This document shows positions 23,302 to 36,762 of a stretch of DNA of 64,000 nt, one piece after another. The number at the start of each line of letters is the position of its first letter. Positions within the stretch are counted from its first letter, which is position 1. Below the pieces are notes generated by a model. It had not been told where the DNA came from, did no database searches, and worked only from the letters and a program-made list of their open reading frames with translations. The stretch lies in assembly GCA_026026165.1 (NCBI GenBank), contig JAPEUD010000022.1, positions 124,001-188,000 on the forward strand, given 5' to 3'. The position numbers were made by a program, and so were the translations under genes. Source of the stretch: Sarea resinae. Its lineage: Eukaryota.

Positions 23302-25359
23302 TTACCACGCGTTGACCTCAAAGTTTTCCTGTGGGGATATGTCAGTAAGGACTTCGGACAAATACAGAACATCATTGGTCACCTCAGAAAAGTAAGTAGT
23401 GACAACAGTCCGGTCTGCGAACTTCCTCCCTGCCAGAGTCCGTAGGGCTTTCCCTGCAGATTCGGGCGTATCATACTTGATGAAGATTTTACCGACACCG
23501 GAAGCTTGTCTGCCGCCGCCGCTCGGTCTGGGGATTTTCAGCTCTTCAATCTTGCCGTATTTCTCGCACTCTTCGCGGACATCTTCGCAGATTTCTGCAA
23601 TCCAAGCTGGTTAGTATTGAAAAAAAGGGCAGAAGCGCCGCAGGGGAAGTCTATAGCCATACCCTCATAGTCTTCGTTATCCATGAGCTCCTCTGCGGTT
23701 ACCATGTTCAAAAGCTGCAAGACGCGGGACTCTTCAAGATCCTGCGAAGTCGTGCCGGCTAACATAGACATTGCATTTACCCCCATCTCAAGACCCGCGG
23801 CTTGCTGAGATCCGATACTGGCGCGTTGAACTTTCAGATGCTTGTCGCCAAGTTCCATGCCATTCAAGCCTTCGACGGCAATATCGGTCGCAGAAGGATC
23901 AATGTATTCGCAGAAGGCGATTCCCTAACAACGTTAGCACTTTCGTGCAGATAGTATATGCGAAAGAGCTTACCCTAGACTCATCCGTCTCGCGGTCCTT
24001 GACTAGTATAAAAGCCTTCAACTCCCCGAACGAGACCAGCAATTCGGTAACTTGTTCATCGGTGAGATATAGCGGCACATTTACCACGCTGATCTTGTTC
24101 TGCGAGTCAGGCACACTAGTGGAAACGACCCCCTCTTGATACTCGGAGTCATCTGTGATTGCTGGGACAATATAGTCCTTGGGTCGACGGATCGAGACTC
24201 CATGCGATGCGCCGTTCGTTGAGCCTTTGCTGGTATCCATGCTATCGTCCATAGTCATGCCATCAAGCGCAAGGGCTACAGTGGCCTCAGATGGATTCTT
24301 GAACTCGACTGCCGCAAATGATCTATCTTTAGAGATCTGTGCGGAAATGCAAGGATCGCTACCTTCGATGACGTTCAAACCGTTCAGCTGGAGGTTGAAG
24401 AACTGGACAATGCCTTCCTCAGTAATCGATGGTGACAAATTGTGGACGAAAAGTCTCTTCGACTGCCTGGCGTTTGAGGGTTTGAGCGCCGCATTGTTGG
24501 CGGATCCGGCCGGTTGGTTCATAAAGGCCTGCAAGCGGCTGGGATCCATGGGTTGTTGTCTTGGCGCACCAGGCAAGGGAAACATGCCTGTTGAAAGGAA
24601 AATGTCAATACGTGAAAGGATGGTAGAGGGAGATAGATGGTGTACTGACCAGAAAGCTTCGCCTGCTCAGCGGTCACATTTTCATACCCTGGGGGCTTTA
24701 TGTCCCATTGGGTCAAACGCCTCTTTCTTTCAAGAATTGGGACGACGTCAGTCAAGTCTGGAGTTGGTTCTTTCTTCTTTGGCGGAGGGGTGGCGCTCTT
24801 TTTCCGCTCCCTCCGATCTGCAAAAGCGTCGCGATCTCCTCCACCCCCTCCTCTCCTACTGCGACCACCCCTGTCTTCGAAAAGATCTCTCTCTCTGTGA
24901 GGCGGCCTCTCGTCGTCGCCATGTCTCGCGTCTCGTCGTGAAAAGCCACGGTCCCGATCCCAGCCCCTCTCTTCACGTCGTTCCCTCCCACCAGTGTATC
25001 GTTCTTCGCGCTCGCGCTCCCTATAGTCACGACTTGAAGAATATGAGTCTACTTCATATTCACGACGGGAAGGCCTTGAAGCGCGGTGTCCGGGTGATCT
25101 CGACCGACGGCGCTCAGCTCCACGATCTCGGTCGCCGCGGCGATCATCTCGCTCTCCTCTTGCAGACTAAGGTTGCTCTCATTAGCAGCTGATGGATTGC
25201 AATGATGTGGCAATCAGAGATATACTCACGTAGTGGTCTCGAGACGAATACCGTCCGGCATCTATGTTTGTCGTTCCGTCAGTTTATCAGCCCTCGAGTA
25301 GGTTCGAGTACAAAGGCTGCTCAAGGCCTACCTCGTGATGAATAGGTGTCGCCGTTCAT
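23302..25359 (-). CDS. U2AF2: Splicing factor U2AF large subunit (U2AF65/Prp2 type)
   Basis: Multi-exon gene starting MNGDTYSSR. RS/RD-rich N-terminus, RKRRLTQWDIKPPGYE (ULM tryptophan), two RRMs and a C-terminal UHM (VLQLLNMVT...GRKFADRTVVTTYF), ending ENFEVNAW. Confidence 0.95.
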
Positions 25360-25865
25360 GTCAGCGGAGGATCGTTCAAAGGCCTGCAGAGTCTGTGAAG
25401 TATATTCGCTCAAGATCCACCAGCTTGATCTGTTGCTATGAGCTGCACGGGCTGTGTGAGTAAATAAGCGCGCGGTCTGGTATCCTGAAGGAGATCGTCG
25501 CGAAAAGTTGAGGCTGTACGAAGTTCAATATCAAGCTACCACCAGCCACTGCAGTGAAGGAGTAGGATTGGGGGGTACCGAGATAGAAGTTCTGGATTCA
25601 CTTCAGCACCAAGGAATCAGTCTACATCGAGGCCCCAGTACTCTTTTGCAAGTATCCCTCCCAGCCTGGAACTTGAGAGCCGTTCTTGAACGATCCTCAC
25701 ATGACTAAGCATTCGTTTAATGGGGAGTCAAGGGAGACGCCGATCGTCGCGTCTCACAATGCTTGACGCGCTGAATGGGTCCCAGCCCAGTACTGGGTAG
25801 AATAAGGTAGTGATAACTGTACGATTGAGAAGTTTTTGGGTCTATAGAATTATCATCACTTCGCG

Positions 25866-27337
25866 ATGACCCTTCCACGCATCACTGAGTGGCGCAAATT
25901 GCCTGTCAGTTTAACAGAGCTTTGTATCAACACTACTTTACGCTGTGGCCAGACTTTCAGGTAGATCCTCGTCCAGATAGATCAAACCGGGGCCTGGAGC
26001 TAATACTGGACATAGATGGAGACAACACGCAGAAAATGAGTGGTAATCAGTTGTTCCTGAATTGAATCCATATGTGTGCTCATGAGAGGACAGGTCCTGT
26101 GCCCTCCATGGACGCATCCTATGCCTCCGCCAGGATCCTACCCATATTCACTACCGCGCTATCTTCCCTTGTCCTCAGTCGGTGCCACTCACACCACCGC
26201 CGTCGGGGACTCCATCCACAGCTTCTGTGGCAGCGGAATCACTGGACGAAGATGATGATACAGCGTCCTTGCTACGGCATTACTTCAATCTCACGCCAAA
26301 TCTGACTGAGCTCTACGAGCAATGGTCGGCGGCTGACCAGAATTTCAAGAAGAAGGCGCCTAAGTTCACTGGCATCCGGATCTTGAAACAGGATGCTTGG
26401 GAAGCTCTTGTTGGATTCATATGTAGTAGCAATAACAACATTGTCAGAATATCTCAAATGGTGAGCGTCGCTCGGCATGTTTTACACCAATCTTAAGACT
26501 ACTGTTCTCTGACGGTCGGACTCCAAGGTTGATAAACTCTGCTTAAACTATGGGACTCTGGTTGGGTATATCGACTCCAAGCCATATCACGACTTTCCCG
26601 CCCCGTCCGCGCTCACGGATCCTCAGGTGGAGCAGCATCTAAGACAATTAGGCTTCGGCTACCGTGCGAAATATCTCCATCAGACTGCCGTCATGGTTTC
26701 TAAGGAACGTGAAGCTGGCTGGCTAGATGGTTTGAGAAACCCGGAGAGCCCTATCTTAGGGGCTGAAGTAAAGTCGGCTGGAGAGATGAAGGAGGGTGGT
26801 CGAGAAGGCTATAGGGAAGCGCACGAGCAGCTCCTGGAGCTTCAAGGCGTAGGCCCCAAGGTTGCCGACTGTGTCTGCTTGATGGGCCTTGGTTGGGGTG
26901 AAGCAGTCCCAGTTGACACACATGGTGAGCTCAACTTTTCTTTTCCGAAGCCTGTTTTTGACAATGTTGCAGTTTGGCAAATAGCACAGCGCGATTATAA
27001 GTTCGGCAAGGGTAAACACAAGAGCTTGACTAAGGCGACATATGACGCTGTGGGGGATCATTTCCGCAAGTTGTGGGGAAAGGAGGCCGGTTGGGCTCAT
27101 TCCGTACTTTTCACAGCCGATCTGAAAGCTTTCTCAGCAAGACTTACCACAAAGGTGGAAGTCAAGGAGGATACATCCGTTGTCGTGGCAGGAGATGAAA
27201 AGATCAAGATCGAGAAGACGGTGACGACGAAGGTGATAAATCGGAAATCGAAGAGGGAAGGCGACGAAGAAGAAGAGACTCTGGAGAGTCAAACGTCTGC
27301 GTCTGGAAGGAGACTGAGGAAAAGACCAAAAGCATGA
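25866..27337 (+). CDS. OGG1: 8-oxoguanine DNA glycosylase/AP lyase
   Basis: TLRCGQTFRW, RILKQDAWEALVGFICSSNNNI, LGFGYRAKY, HhH motif LQGVGPKVADCVCL, VPVDTHV, WGKEAGWAHSVLF. Four introns, including a 27-nt exon at 26016-26042. Confidence 0.95.
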
Positions 27338-29214
27338 CGACCGAGCGAATCTGTGCGATAGTGTATGTCAGTGTATGATACCCTGCGATAGCAACATTTA
27401 GTAGAATGTTGATCCTCTTATATCTGCATTGTAAGCTGGAGGTAGGCAATGCAAGTTCTAATGAGTGCGATCCATTCGCTGCTCTGTACTCCGTAGTACA
27501 TTCCTGACGGTAGAGACAACTTGAGCGAGTCCACTTCGAGTCTGCTGCTATTGATTCTCCAGGCTCTAGCATATCCGTCGTCAATGATGCCATTTCAAAT
27601 GCAACTCAACCGGCGCAGAGCTCAAACACCCACGAAACAGCTATCCGACTCGGGATGCGTCAGACTCAGACAGTCCATTGTGGCTGCTGTGGCGCATGCT
27701 GTTCTTTGAGCTTTCGTTTCCTGCCGTCGCAAATTCGCGATGCTGGTTCATCTCGGGTGTATGTGGAGGAGGAGGTCGCAATCTCGCTTTGCTGGGGTTT
27801 GACGTTCCAACTGGCCCGAAAGGTGCACGCAGTAACCGCATCGATCCGTGTCGAGGCCCACACGGGGCCGGGCCTCGCATGGATGCCATTCCATTCTGAT
27901 CCTGACCGTGACTGGCCCCGATTGTCATTGTTCTCTATTGATTGTTTACTCCTGAAAAGGTACGGAGCTACAATGTTGCACTGCGTCTTGCCCCGAGCAT
28001 GAAAGACTCGGCTGCGTCGTTCTCTCGCTCTCTGTGATGCCCTGGCCTCGAGTGTCTACGACGTACGGTCTCATGACAAGCAACCAGACTCGAACATGAT
28101 GGGTTGGGGGGCATGATAGCGCATCTGCCGTACACGTCGATGGATCTGATTGAGCTGCTTGAGCTGCTTGAGCTCGTCGTTGAGCTGAGCCACGCATCGC
28201 GAGAGAGCCGGGAGCAGGGTTGAAGAGAACAAGGATGGCCGGCGGACGAGCAGTAGCGCATGAATCCGTCGTATTAACGGAGCGGAAAACAGCTGTAGCA
28301 TAGTAGCACGCACTCCAGCAGCAGCACGAAGAGCAATTCCCGGTCGATGCTTGCTTCTTCCAGTGATAGCGTCAATCCGGTGCAGGACACGAAGCCCAAG
28401 AGAGGCAGCGCGGGAAGCGTAGCTTTGCCTGTTCCTCTCCAGTCGTATCCTATGAGTAGGAGTACTATGTATGTAGTAGTCATCTGCCGTCGAACCACTG
28501 CCACACTACGAGTATTCTCCCTGCCATTTACTATGATAGCACTATTCCCACTCGGCCTCCTCTCTGTCTCCTCCCGCTTCCATCTCACCTCCACTCATCT
28601 TCCGCCTTCCGCCTTCTCAGAGGGGTGTACACCTTGATCTCGTGTACGCCGTAGTTGTGAAGTCACTCTTCCCGTACAGTCATTCACTCCCTCGTTCGTT
28701 CGTCCGTCGATTCATTCATTCATTCATTCAGTCGTTATTCTTATTCACTTCTTCATCTGCCTGTCTCCTGTCGTGTGCGCAGAATACCGACAGCCAGTCT
28801 CGGTTCCTTCGCTTGCACCTCTCCTGAACCAACCATTTCATCACCAGTCAAGACCCCGACTCCATTTCCACTTCCTTGTTCTTCCAGCTCCATTTCGTGC
28901 CATCGACCGGCCGACCGTCCACGCCCAATCCTGGGAACCTTTCAGCTTCTCCTCGCCACTTTTCACGCTCGAATATCTTTCCTCGCGACCATTCACGTCC
29001 AAGGGACCCGTCTGTCGGCATCAATTGCGGATCGCTGGGCTACCATCTCGTCAGAGCTTCGCTTCGCCACGGGATGCATTAAGTCGCGCTCTTCCTTGCT
29101 TGGAGCCGAGAGAATCAAGACATAGACCTTCTCTCTTCGACTCTCTCCGGGAGTGACTCACGACACTGGAGTCTTAAAGGGTCTTGGATATCGCCCCGTC
29201 GTTCTGGGTGAGCG

Positions 29215-32200
29215 ATGAGGCTTCCGTCCCTGCTTGGCCCGAGAGCGGCTCATTTCTTCACGACAATATCCTTCTGGTCGGCCCTGGTAATCTTGACCGT
29301 TCCAGCAACTGCAGCCAGTCCCGACTCGATACCGTCTCCGAATCTTGATCTATCGCAGTTAGGACGAGTCGCGTTAGTTGGTGACTTCGATGCGATCTCA
29401 TTCTTCACTTATGAAGAGCAAAATGAGAATTCTTTTAGCACCAATGGCAGTCAATCACTCCTTACACGACTACCAAATGGCGCCTTTACGACATTAGCCG
29501 CTTCCGATGCCTCAATCAACACCATGTGTCCTTTTGTCTTGCACGATGGGACCTTTTCGGGAATAATTGTCGGAGGCAACTTCACAGACCTCGGTGGAAT
29601 CGAAGCTCAGGGAGTTGCCTTATTCGACCCGAACACGACCAAAATCACTCCTTTACCAGGTCTGTCCGGGAAGGTCTCAGCTGTACTCTGCGACCAGAAT
29701 TCGAGCACCGTTTACGTGGGTGGGGATTTTAGAGGTGGAAATTCGACGAACGCGATCGCGTGGGTTGGCACGTCAGGCTGGACAAATCTACCATTTGCTG
29801 GATTCAATGGTCCTGTGACTTCGATCGTCAAAGCCCCCGATGGGAATGTGGTCTTCGGTGGAGCCTTTGATGGACTAGGAAACGCGACGGGCCCGAAACG
29901 AAAGGATCAGCAAATCATCAACATCTCGAGTGCTAATATATCAGCTGCAGCTTCAACAACCACGACTGGATTCAGTGATCCTAGTAACATAGTCTGCAAG
30001 ACTGGTGGACAGGATGGCTCCGGAAGCACTTGGCTACTTCAGGATGACGCACCAGGTTTCTGGAGAGCCGACTTTGGGTTCGGTTTCCAGCCAACAAAGC
30101 TCAGAATATGGAACACTCGTCAAGACGGTCGTGGCACCAAGACATTCCGCTTCACCGCTTTGCCTATCAATGGCATCATGAACCTCACTTATACGGACTC
30201 AACCACAGGCAAGAACGCTACATGCGACGCCAATTGTCCACTACCGCAACAGACTACGTCCGGATACCAAGATTTTGAGTTCATCAATGTCATCGGTATG
30301 AGCGCATTCCGGATCGACATATCGGATTGGTATGGTAATGGCGGTGGTCTTGACGGAATTGAATTATTTCAAGACGGTAAGGACGAACAAGAAGACTCAA
30401 ATTGAGACGTCATCGTTCTGACATTTGCCATAGACATTTACGCATTTGCCGTTGGCAGTTACAATGAGCCCTCTTGCGCAAATATTCAGTACGCTTCAAA
30501 TTCCACATCTACCGGTCCTTGGTCGGTTGCGCCCTCCGCTCAGAGTGCATCCGGCTATCTGACCGCAAATCTCACCGATGTAAACGCCAATTCCAACAAT
30601 CTTTCTGTTGTGTTTGAACCGGATATCAAGCAATCCGGAAATTATTCGGTCACCATGTGGACTCCTGGCTGCTTTCAGGACAAATCATGCTCTTCACGTG
30701 GCATAGTAAATGTTACCGGAGTGATGGCTTCAGGAACACGTGCGAGCGCGCCCATACAGACAGAGGTGTACCAAACCAACAATTACGACAAATATGACCA
30801 GATCTATTACGGCTACGTCGATGCCAACTCCGACTCGTTTCGTCCTACAGTCACTCTAACGCCGAGCGCCGGCCAGAGCAACAATCTAACTATCGTCGCT
30901 CAGCGCGTTCGTTTTGAGCTAATTGATTCAACCGGCGGTCTGAACGGTCTTTATGAATTCAATCCGAATGAAGCTACTGTGAACACAGACTTTGCGCATT
31001 CGGCTATTGACCAAGCTGGTATGGACCTGAATACCGGAGCAGTTGTCTCAGCATTAGCTGTGGGAGATGGAGTAACCTATGTCGGGGGAAACTTTTCGAC
31101 ATCGGATTTCCAAAACTTCTTCGCTGTTTCGAAGGACAGCTCGACCAATGTCACCGGAGGTGGACTGAATGGTCCAGTGCTCTCCATGTTCCTGAACGGA
31201 TCACTCCTTTACGTTGGAGGCGACTTCACCAATACAAGCAAGACGAAAGCTTCTGGATTGAGTTACGTAGCATCCTACTCGATATCCGACCAGTCCTGGC
31301 AGCCGCTGGGTGCGGGCGTGAACGGGAGGGTGATCTCCATCGTACCGCTAATACTCAATGTCACCACCAATACTCCTGAAATGGTCATAGCGATGAATGG
31401 AGACTTCGATCAAGTTTTGGCATTTGGTAACAATCAATCTGCTACCGCTTCAGGACTTGCGATCTGGGTACCGTCTCAGAAGAATTGGCTACAGAATCTC
31501 AACACCGACTCTGTTGCAATCAGTGGGAAATTTACTGCAACTACTAATGTTCCCAATAGCAGCCCTCTGTTTGCTGGAGCCGTGTCTTCTCAGGATCTTT
31601 CCGCCAACGATGCAGTAGCTCTTACGAGTTCCCAAAGCCTTGGAATGACCCCGTTCCCGCTGCATATCACTCCGCAGCAAGTGTCAAAATCTTCTCAAAG
31701 AAAGCGAGCGGTTAGCGGACAGAATGTCACAGGTGCTGTGACTGGACTGTTCTTCGAATCAGGAGATTTGAATGTTACCGTAATTGGTGGACATTTCACC
31801 GCCGAAGCTTCCAACGGAACCGCTATCAACAATCTTGCTTTCATCAATGGCTCCAACTCCGATCAAATTTCTGGTGTTGATGGTGGACTCGATTCAGACG
31901 CTGTCTTCCTCGCGCTGGAAACACAAGGGAACGTTCTCTATGCTGGTGGCACATTCTCCGGCACCGTTAATGGAGCAAGCGTCAATGGTCTCATCTCCTA
32001 CGATCTTGGCCTCGGAAACTACGTGGCAGTGCAACCACCTGCGCTTGGAGGTGATGATGTTGCCGTCAACGCAATCGCAACACAACCTGGCACGGGAAAT
32101 GTCTTCGTCGGAGGGAACTTCGATACCGCTGGTTCGCTTGGATGCCCCAGTGTTTGTGTCTTCACCACGGCCGAGGGGCAGTGGAACAGACCGGGCGCCA

Positions 32201-33029
32201 ACCTCGCTGGTAGCGTGGCAGCTTTGACCTGGTCTAGCGATCAGACCATCGTTGCCAGTGGCAATCTCAGTGTCAACAACGTCGCGACTTCCGTGGCTAC
32301 CTACAGCACAAAGCACCTGACCTGGTCGGCGTTCGATGGAGCGGGCAGCCTTCCTGGTCCTGTGACGGCTCTGACAGCTGCAAATGATGACGGAACAGAG
32401 TTTTGGGTTGCCGGGAAGGACACGAACGGCCTGGCTTTTCTGACCAAATACAACGGCTCTGGTTGGGACTCTGTAGGAAGCTCTCTGGGCAAGGCTACCG
32501 TTATTCGAGGTCTCCAAGTGCTCTCTCTTTCGAAGAATCATGCGCAAAGTAACCTGGTAGATGAGTCTCAGACTCTGCTTATTACTGGTCAACTCGAGCT
32601 TCCGAACTTTGGAAATGCTTCAGCTGCACTCTTCAACGGCACAACCTTCACTCCCTTTATCCTATCCAACACCGCCGACAACGGCCCCGGAAGCTTGTCT
32701 CAAATCTTTTCACAGAAACAGAACTTCTTCAAGTCAGATCGTAAGTCATTTGTTCTTTGCTTTCGGGGCTGCGCTAATCTCTCGTAGATGGCCATATGGC
32801 AGTTGGGTTTGTAGTTCTGATAGCCCTTGCGATCGCCCTTGCTCTCGTCTTCATTCTCGTCGTCATCGGCATCCTGGCAGAGCGTGTCCGGAGAAAGAGA
32901 GAAGGCTACATGCCCGCCCCAACTCAAATGTTCGATAAGAGCAGCAACATGGGGCGCATTCCTCCCGAGCACCTCTTCGGCAGTCTTGGCCATCAGCCTC
33001 GAGGACCCGGCGACGCACCTATGATATGA
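29215..33029 (+). CDS. RAX2: Cell-polarity/bud-site type I membrane glycoprotein Rax2
   Basis: Signal-peptide-like N-terminus, beta-propeller-like VGGxF repeats with many N-glycosylation sites, single C-terminal TM helix (VVLIALAIALALVFILVVIGILA) followed by RRKREGY. Introns at about 30377-30433 and 32741-32787. Confidence 0.9.
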
Positions 33030-34858
33030 GCAAAAGCAAGGGTATGTCAGCATGGCGTTTGGGTGGCCCTCGTTACGAGCGAATCGATCCATTTCTCTTC
33101 TTGTCGATCTTTCGATAAAACCATTTTCCCGGAGGTACTTAAAAAGGCGTTTCGGAGTTACATTCATCATCCATCGGGGAGTGTGCGAGCTTAGCTGGAT
33201 AGCTCTTCTCGGTTTCCTTTCCTGATGTGGACAGGATATCAGCCTCGTTCATTATTTTTTCCTTAATGATACCACGCCCGCACCCGGCACAGGACCATCT
33301 AATGTCTACTGCTGCTCGCAACGCAATCTTCTCGTTTGTATCAATCATCTTTGCTCCTCGGACAGGCCCCGGTCTGCGGATTGTACATGCTCTAGTTAGC
33401 ATCTCATCTCATCTAGCTGGCTCTATTAGCTTCATCACAGCTCTCTTTTCTTTTTCGTTTCCTTTTTTCTACTACCCATCGTCTTCCGAACGATGTCCCA
33501 CAGATACAACGGGTCTGGATAGCTAGCTCTCTTGGGGCGCCTGGCTTTGCTGCTCCCAGCCTAGATAGTCGTCGGGGAATCTAAGATCTGAAATCAAAGA
33601 CTGTATTGATTCTTTGTGACGATGCCGTAGTTAGTCTCATCTCAAGGGAATGATAGCCGCTTGGTCACTGCGGTATAACGTACTACTACTACCTAATGAT
33701 TGACCTTGAGGTTGACTCCCTCTCGACGACTGAGCAAAGCGGCATCTAGCCCTTTTCGGTCCACGGATCCATCGTCAAGCAGCAGAGGTCCCCGGGTACC
33801 TCGAGCTGGATCACCGGCCGCCGTCCCTTTTGCCGCTTTTGCCGTCTTCTCGGCTCGTCTGTTCGCCGTAGATTAGCCGCATCGCCCATGCCGCTGCCAT
33901 CATCATTGTTTGCACTAGCATCATCGTCATCGTCATACTATGTGCGGAGCTGACTAATGTAACGATGCTCTGGATGTCAGGGGCGTGAACAGAAGAAGAG
34001 GAGAGGGGGGAGGGGAGGGGATATGCGGCCGCAATATGCGCGTGCCCCTCCTCTCTCTATTGCTCTCTTCTTCTACTCCTGAGTACACAGTGTCATGGAG
34101 GTATGGGTACTCGTAGCCCTGACCATTACTGCCCGCTCACAGCTACCTACGGAGTACTCGTGTGCACGACACACTCCGCTTGGCTGATGAGGTCTCTCAT
34201 AGGTATCCGGACCTACCTACCCCTCACCCCTCCTCTTCGACAAGACTGACAGACCGGCCGAGCGAGCGAGCGAGTCTAGACTCTCTCTAGATCCCATCCA
34301 TCCACCCACCCATCCTCCCTTCAGGCAACCTTGGCCATCTCTCCATACGTCCTTTACTGACTCTCCCCTAGGCTAATGTACACAAAGGTACGCGAGACCG
34401 GAGTCGGATCTCGGTCTTGCGTCATGTCATGTCATGTCGTGTCGTGTCGTGGGCGAGCTTACTATTGCTGTGTTGAACCGGAGCTACCTACTGGGCTTGC
34501 ATGATGCGGGACTGAGGTAGAGCAGAGTAGAGTAGTACAGGAGTAGAAGAGGGGAGGAGAGGAGCGTAGGGTAGGGTAGTAGGGTAGTAGGGTAGTAGTG
34601 GGGTTCTTATATGTGGGAGGGGCATTCCCGGATTCCTGGCTGTTTGGTCTGTTAGTCATCTGTCTGCTGGTTTTGCTGTTGCTTTGAACGACGACGACGA
34701 CGACGACGAACGGACGAACGATTCAGCACCCTCGAGCACCAACGGTCATCTCGAAAAGGAGAGAACATCACTACGCGGGGACAAAAGAGTCGAGCACTCG
34801 AAAAAGGAAGGAAGGAAAAAAGACAAAAAGGGCCCTTACCACTCATCCAAAAACCACC

Positions 34859-35386
34859 ATGACATCCGTCCCGCCCTACCTCCTCTACGCCTCGTCGCAC
34901 CTCCTCCCGCCCCCAGCCCCCCAACTCGACGAACCCACCTTCTCGCGCTGGTACAGCGCCATCCACATCCCATCCCTCCTCGCCTCGACCCCCGCCGGCT
35001 CCGTGCCCTCAGCAACACGCTACAAGCGCGTCGCCCCGCCGGGCCCGGGCATCAAGGAGACAGACGACTACCTGGCGCTGTACACGTTGACGGACGCGCG
35101 CGTGCTGGAGACGGACCGGTTCGCCACGGGCCTGCGGTTCGATGGCGGCGATATCATTGCCGGCGTCAATGGGCGCGAGGACCTCGAGGCCCGCGTCGGC
35201 TTTGATGTGAGGATGTATGAGCTCGTGCAGGCGTTCGAGGTCGCGGGCGAGGGCGTCGGCGTCCAGAAGGGTGAGTTTCCTCTTCTTCTTTTTTTGTTGG
35301 TCGTTTCTTTCGTTGCTTGCTCCAGGGCTTTCTTTCATGAATGAGAGGTTTTGGAGACCACCTCTCTCCTCTCCTCTCCTCCCCCC

Positions 35387-35425
<39 letters not shown>

Positions 35426-35964
35426 TTTTCCTCCCGTCTTCCCCGTCCCCTTCTTCTCATACAACCCCTCTCCCTATCCAAGCGCCAGCAAGAAACACCC
35501 ACCTACCCCACCCTCCCGCCCACACACGCAAACTAACACCCTCCCCAGCCGAAACCAACACCGTCATCGTCGCCGCCATCGAGCCCGCCGCCGGCCCCGC
35601 CGCCGCCACGGAATTCGACCGCTGGTACCGCGAATCGCACATCCCGGACCTCGCGAAAACGCCCTCGTACCTGCGCACCAACCGCTACAAGCTGATCCCG
35701 TCGCCCCTGACGAAATACTCGACGGATGAAACCGCGCCGCCGACGTATCTGGCCCTGCACGAGTACAGCTGCGGCCCGGCCGAGGTGCCGGCGCGCGAGA
35801 TCGAGGCCACCACCAAGACGGTCTGGGCGCAGAAGATCCTGGGCGAGATTCGCGCGTTTGAGGGCGGCGTGTATGGGGTCACGGAGCGGGCGGGCGGGAA
35901 TGTGGGGGGTGCGGGGGGGCAGGGGGCACAGCTGGGGTGGGGGGAGGAGAAGGCGACGGGGTGA
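34859..35964 (+). CDS. Tandem EthD/DABB-like (dimeric alpha-beta barrel) domain protein
   Basis: Exons 34859-35270 and 35549-35964 (275 aa). Duplicated motif FSRWY..IHIPSLL / FDRWY.ESHIPDL with RYK...YLALY/YLALHEY; strong GC3 codon bias. Confidence 0.8.
35388..35425. repeat. Poly-C tract (38 nt) inside an intron
   Basis: Directly visible. Confidence 0.95.
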
Positions 35965-36762
35965 TGGGTGCGAGTAAGTCGTGGATGCTAGAGGGAGAGA
36001 GAGAAAGGGAAAAGGAGGGGGAGGGGAGGGAAGAAGTCAAGGACCATATGTATGCGCGTGCTTCTCATGCGTGCATTCATTCATCTTCATATTCCATGTT
36101 CATATTCATTGTTTCATTGATATTCGTAGCCCCATCATCATAATGCCCCAAAGTATCGTATCGTATCCTCTGAGCAAACGAACCCAACCATACCAGACCG
36201 GCCCCGCTAGATGAAGACGCAACCGAAACCGACTGAGAAGAAGAAAAAGAAAAAGGAGAAGAAAAGAAAGAAAGAAAGAAAGGCAGCTAGTGATGTGTAA
36301 AAAAAACCCCAGAAGATGTGGGCGGGGGTGAAGGAAAAGAAGAAAGAAAAAAGAAAGAAAAGGACGTAGATAGTGGCATATCAATGCCCCAAGACCCATT
36401 CTGCCGCAGTAATGCCAATGCTAATCATGCGCACTGCTCGACTGCTCGACTGAGGAAAAAGAACAGAGATGCCCGAGATCTTTTCTGCATCCGTCTGTGT
36501 GTCCGAGCGTGCGTCCGTACCGCCATGTCCCATTCGAAGACATTCGCGCCATACGCCCCTTTCTTTTCCATGCATTTCCTTGCCCTGCCTTTTCGACGTA
36601 CGCCCCAAGGGGAAAGAAGAATACCAGACGCCGCATTCCCGCTTTGCCGTCTCGTGGAAAAAGGCCATATCAAAACGAATGGCCTTGGAGGGAGCGGGAG
36701 AGAGATAGAGAGAGGGCGAAATGAAGCAGCTGCTACGGTTTCCATGTCTCTGCCTGTCTGGC

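Noticed and set aside
24990..25030. Apparent frameshift in the U2AF65 RS domain (no ORF shown in the track)
   Set aside because: Manual translation is continuous (SSSRDYREREREERY); the exon simply lacks an early in-frame start codon.
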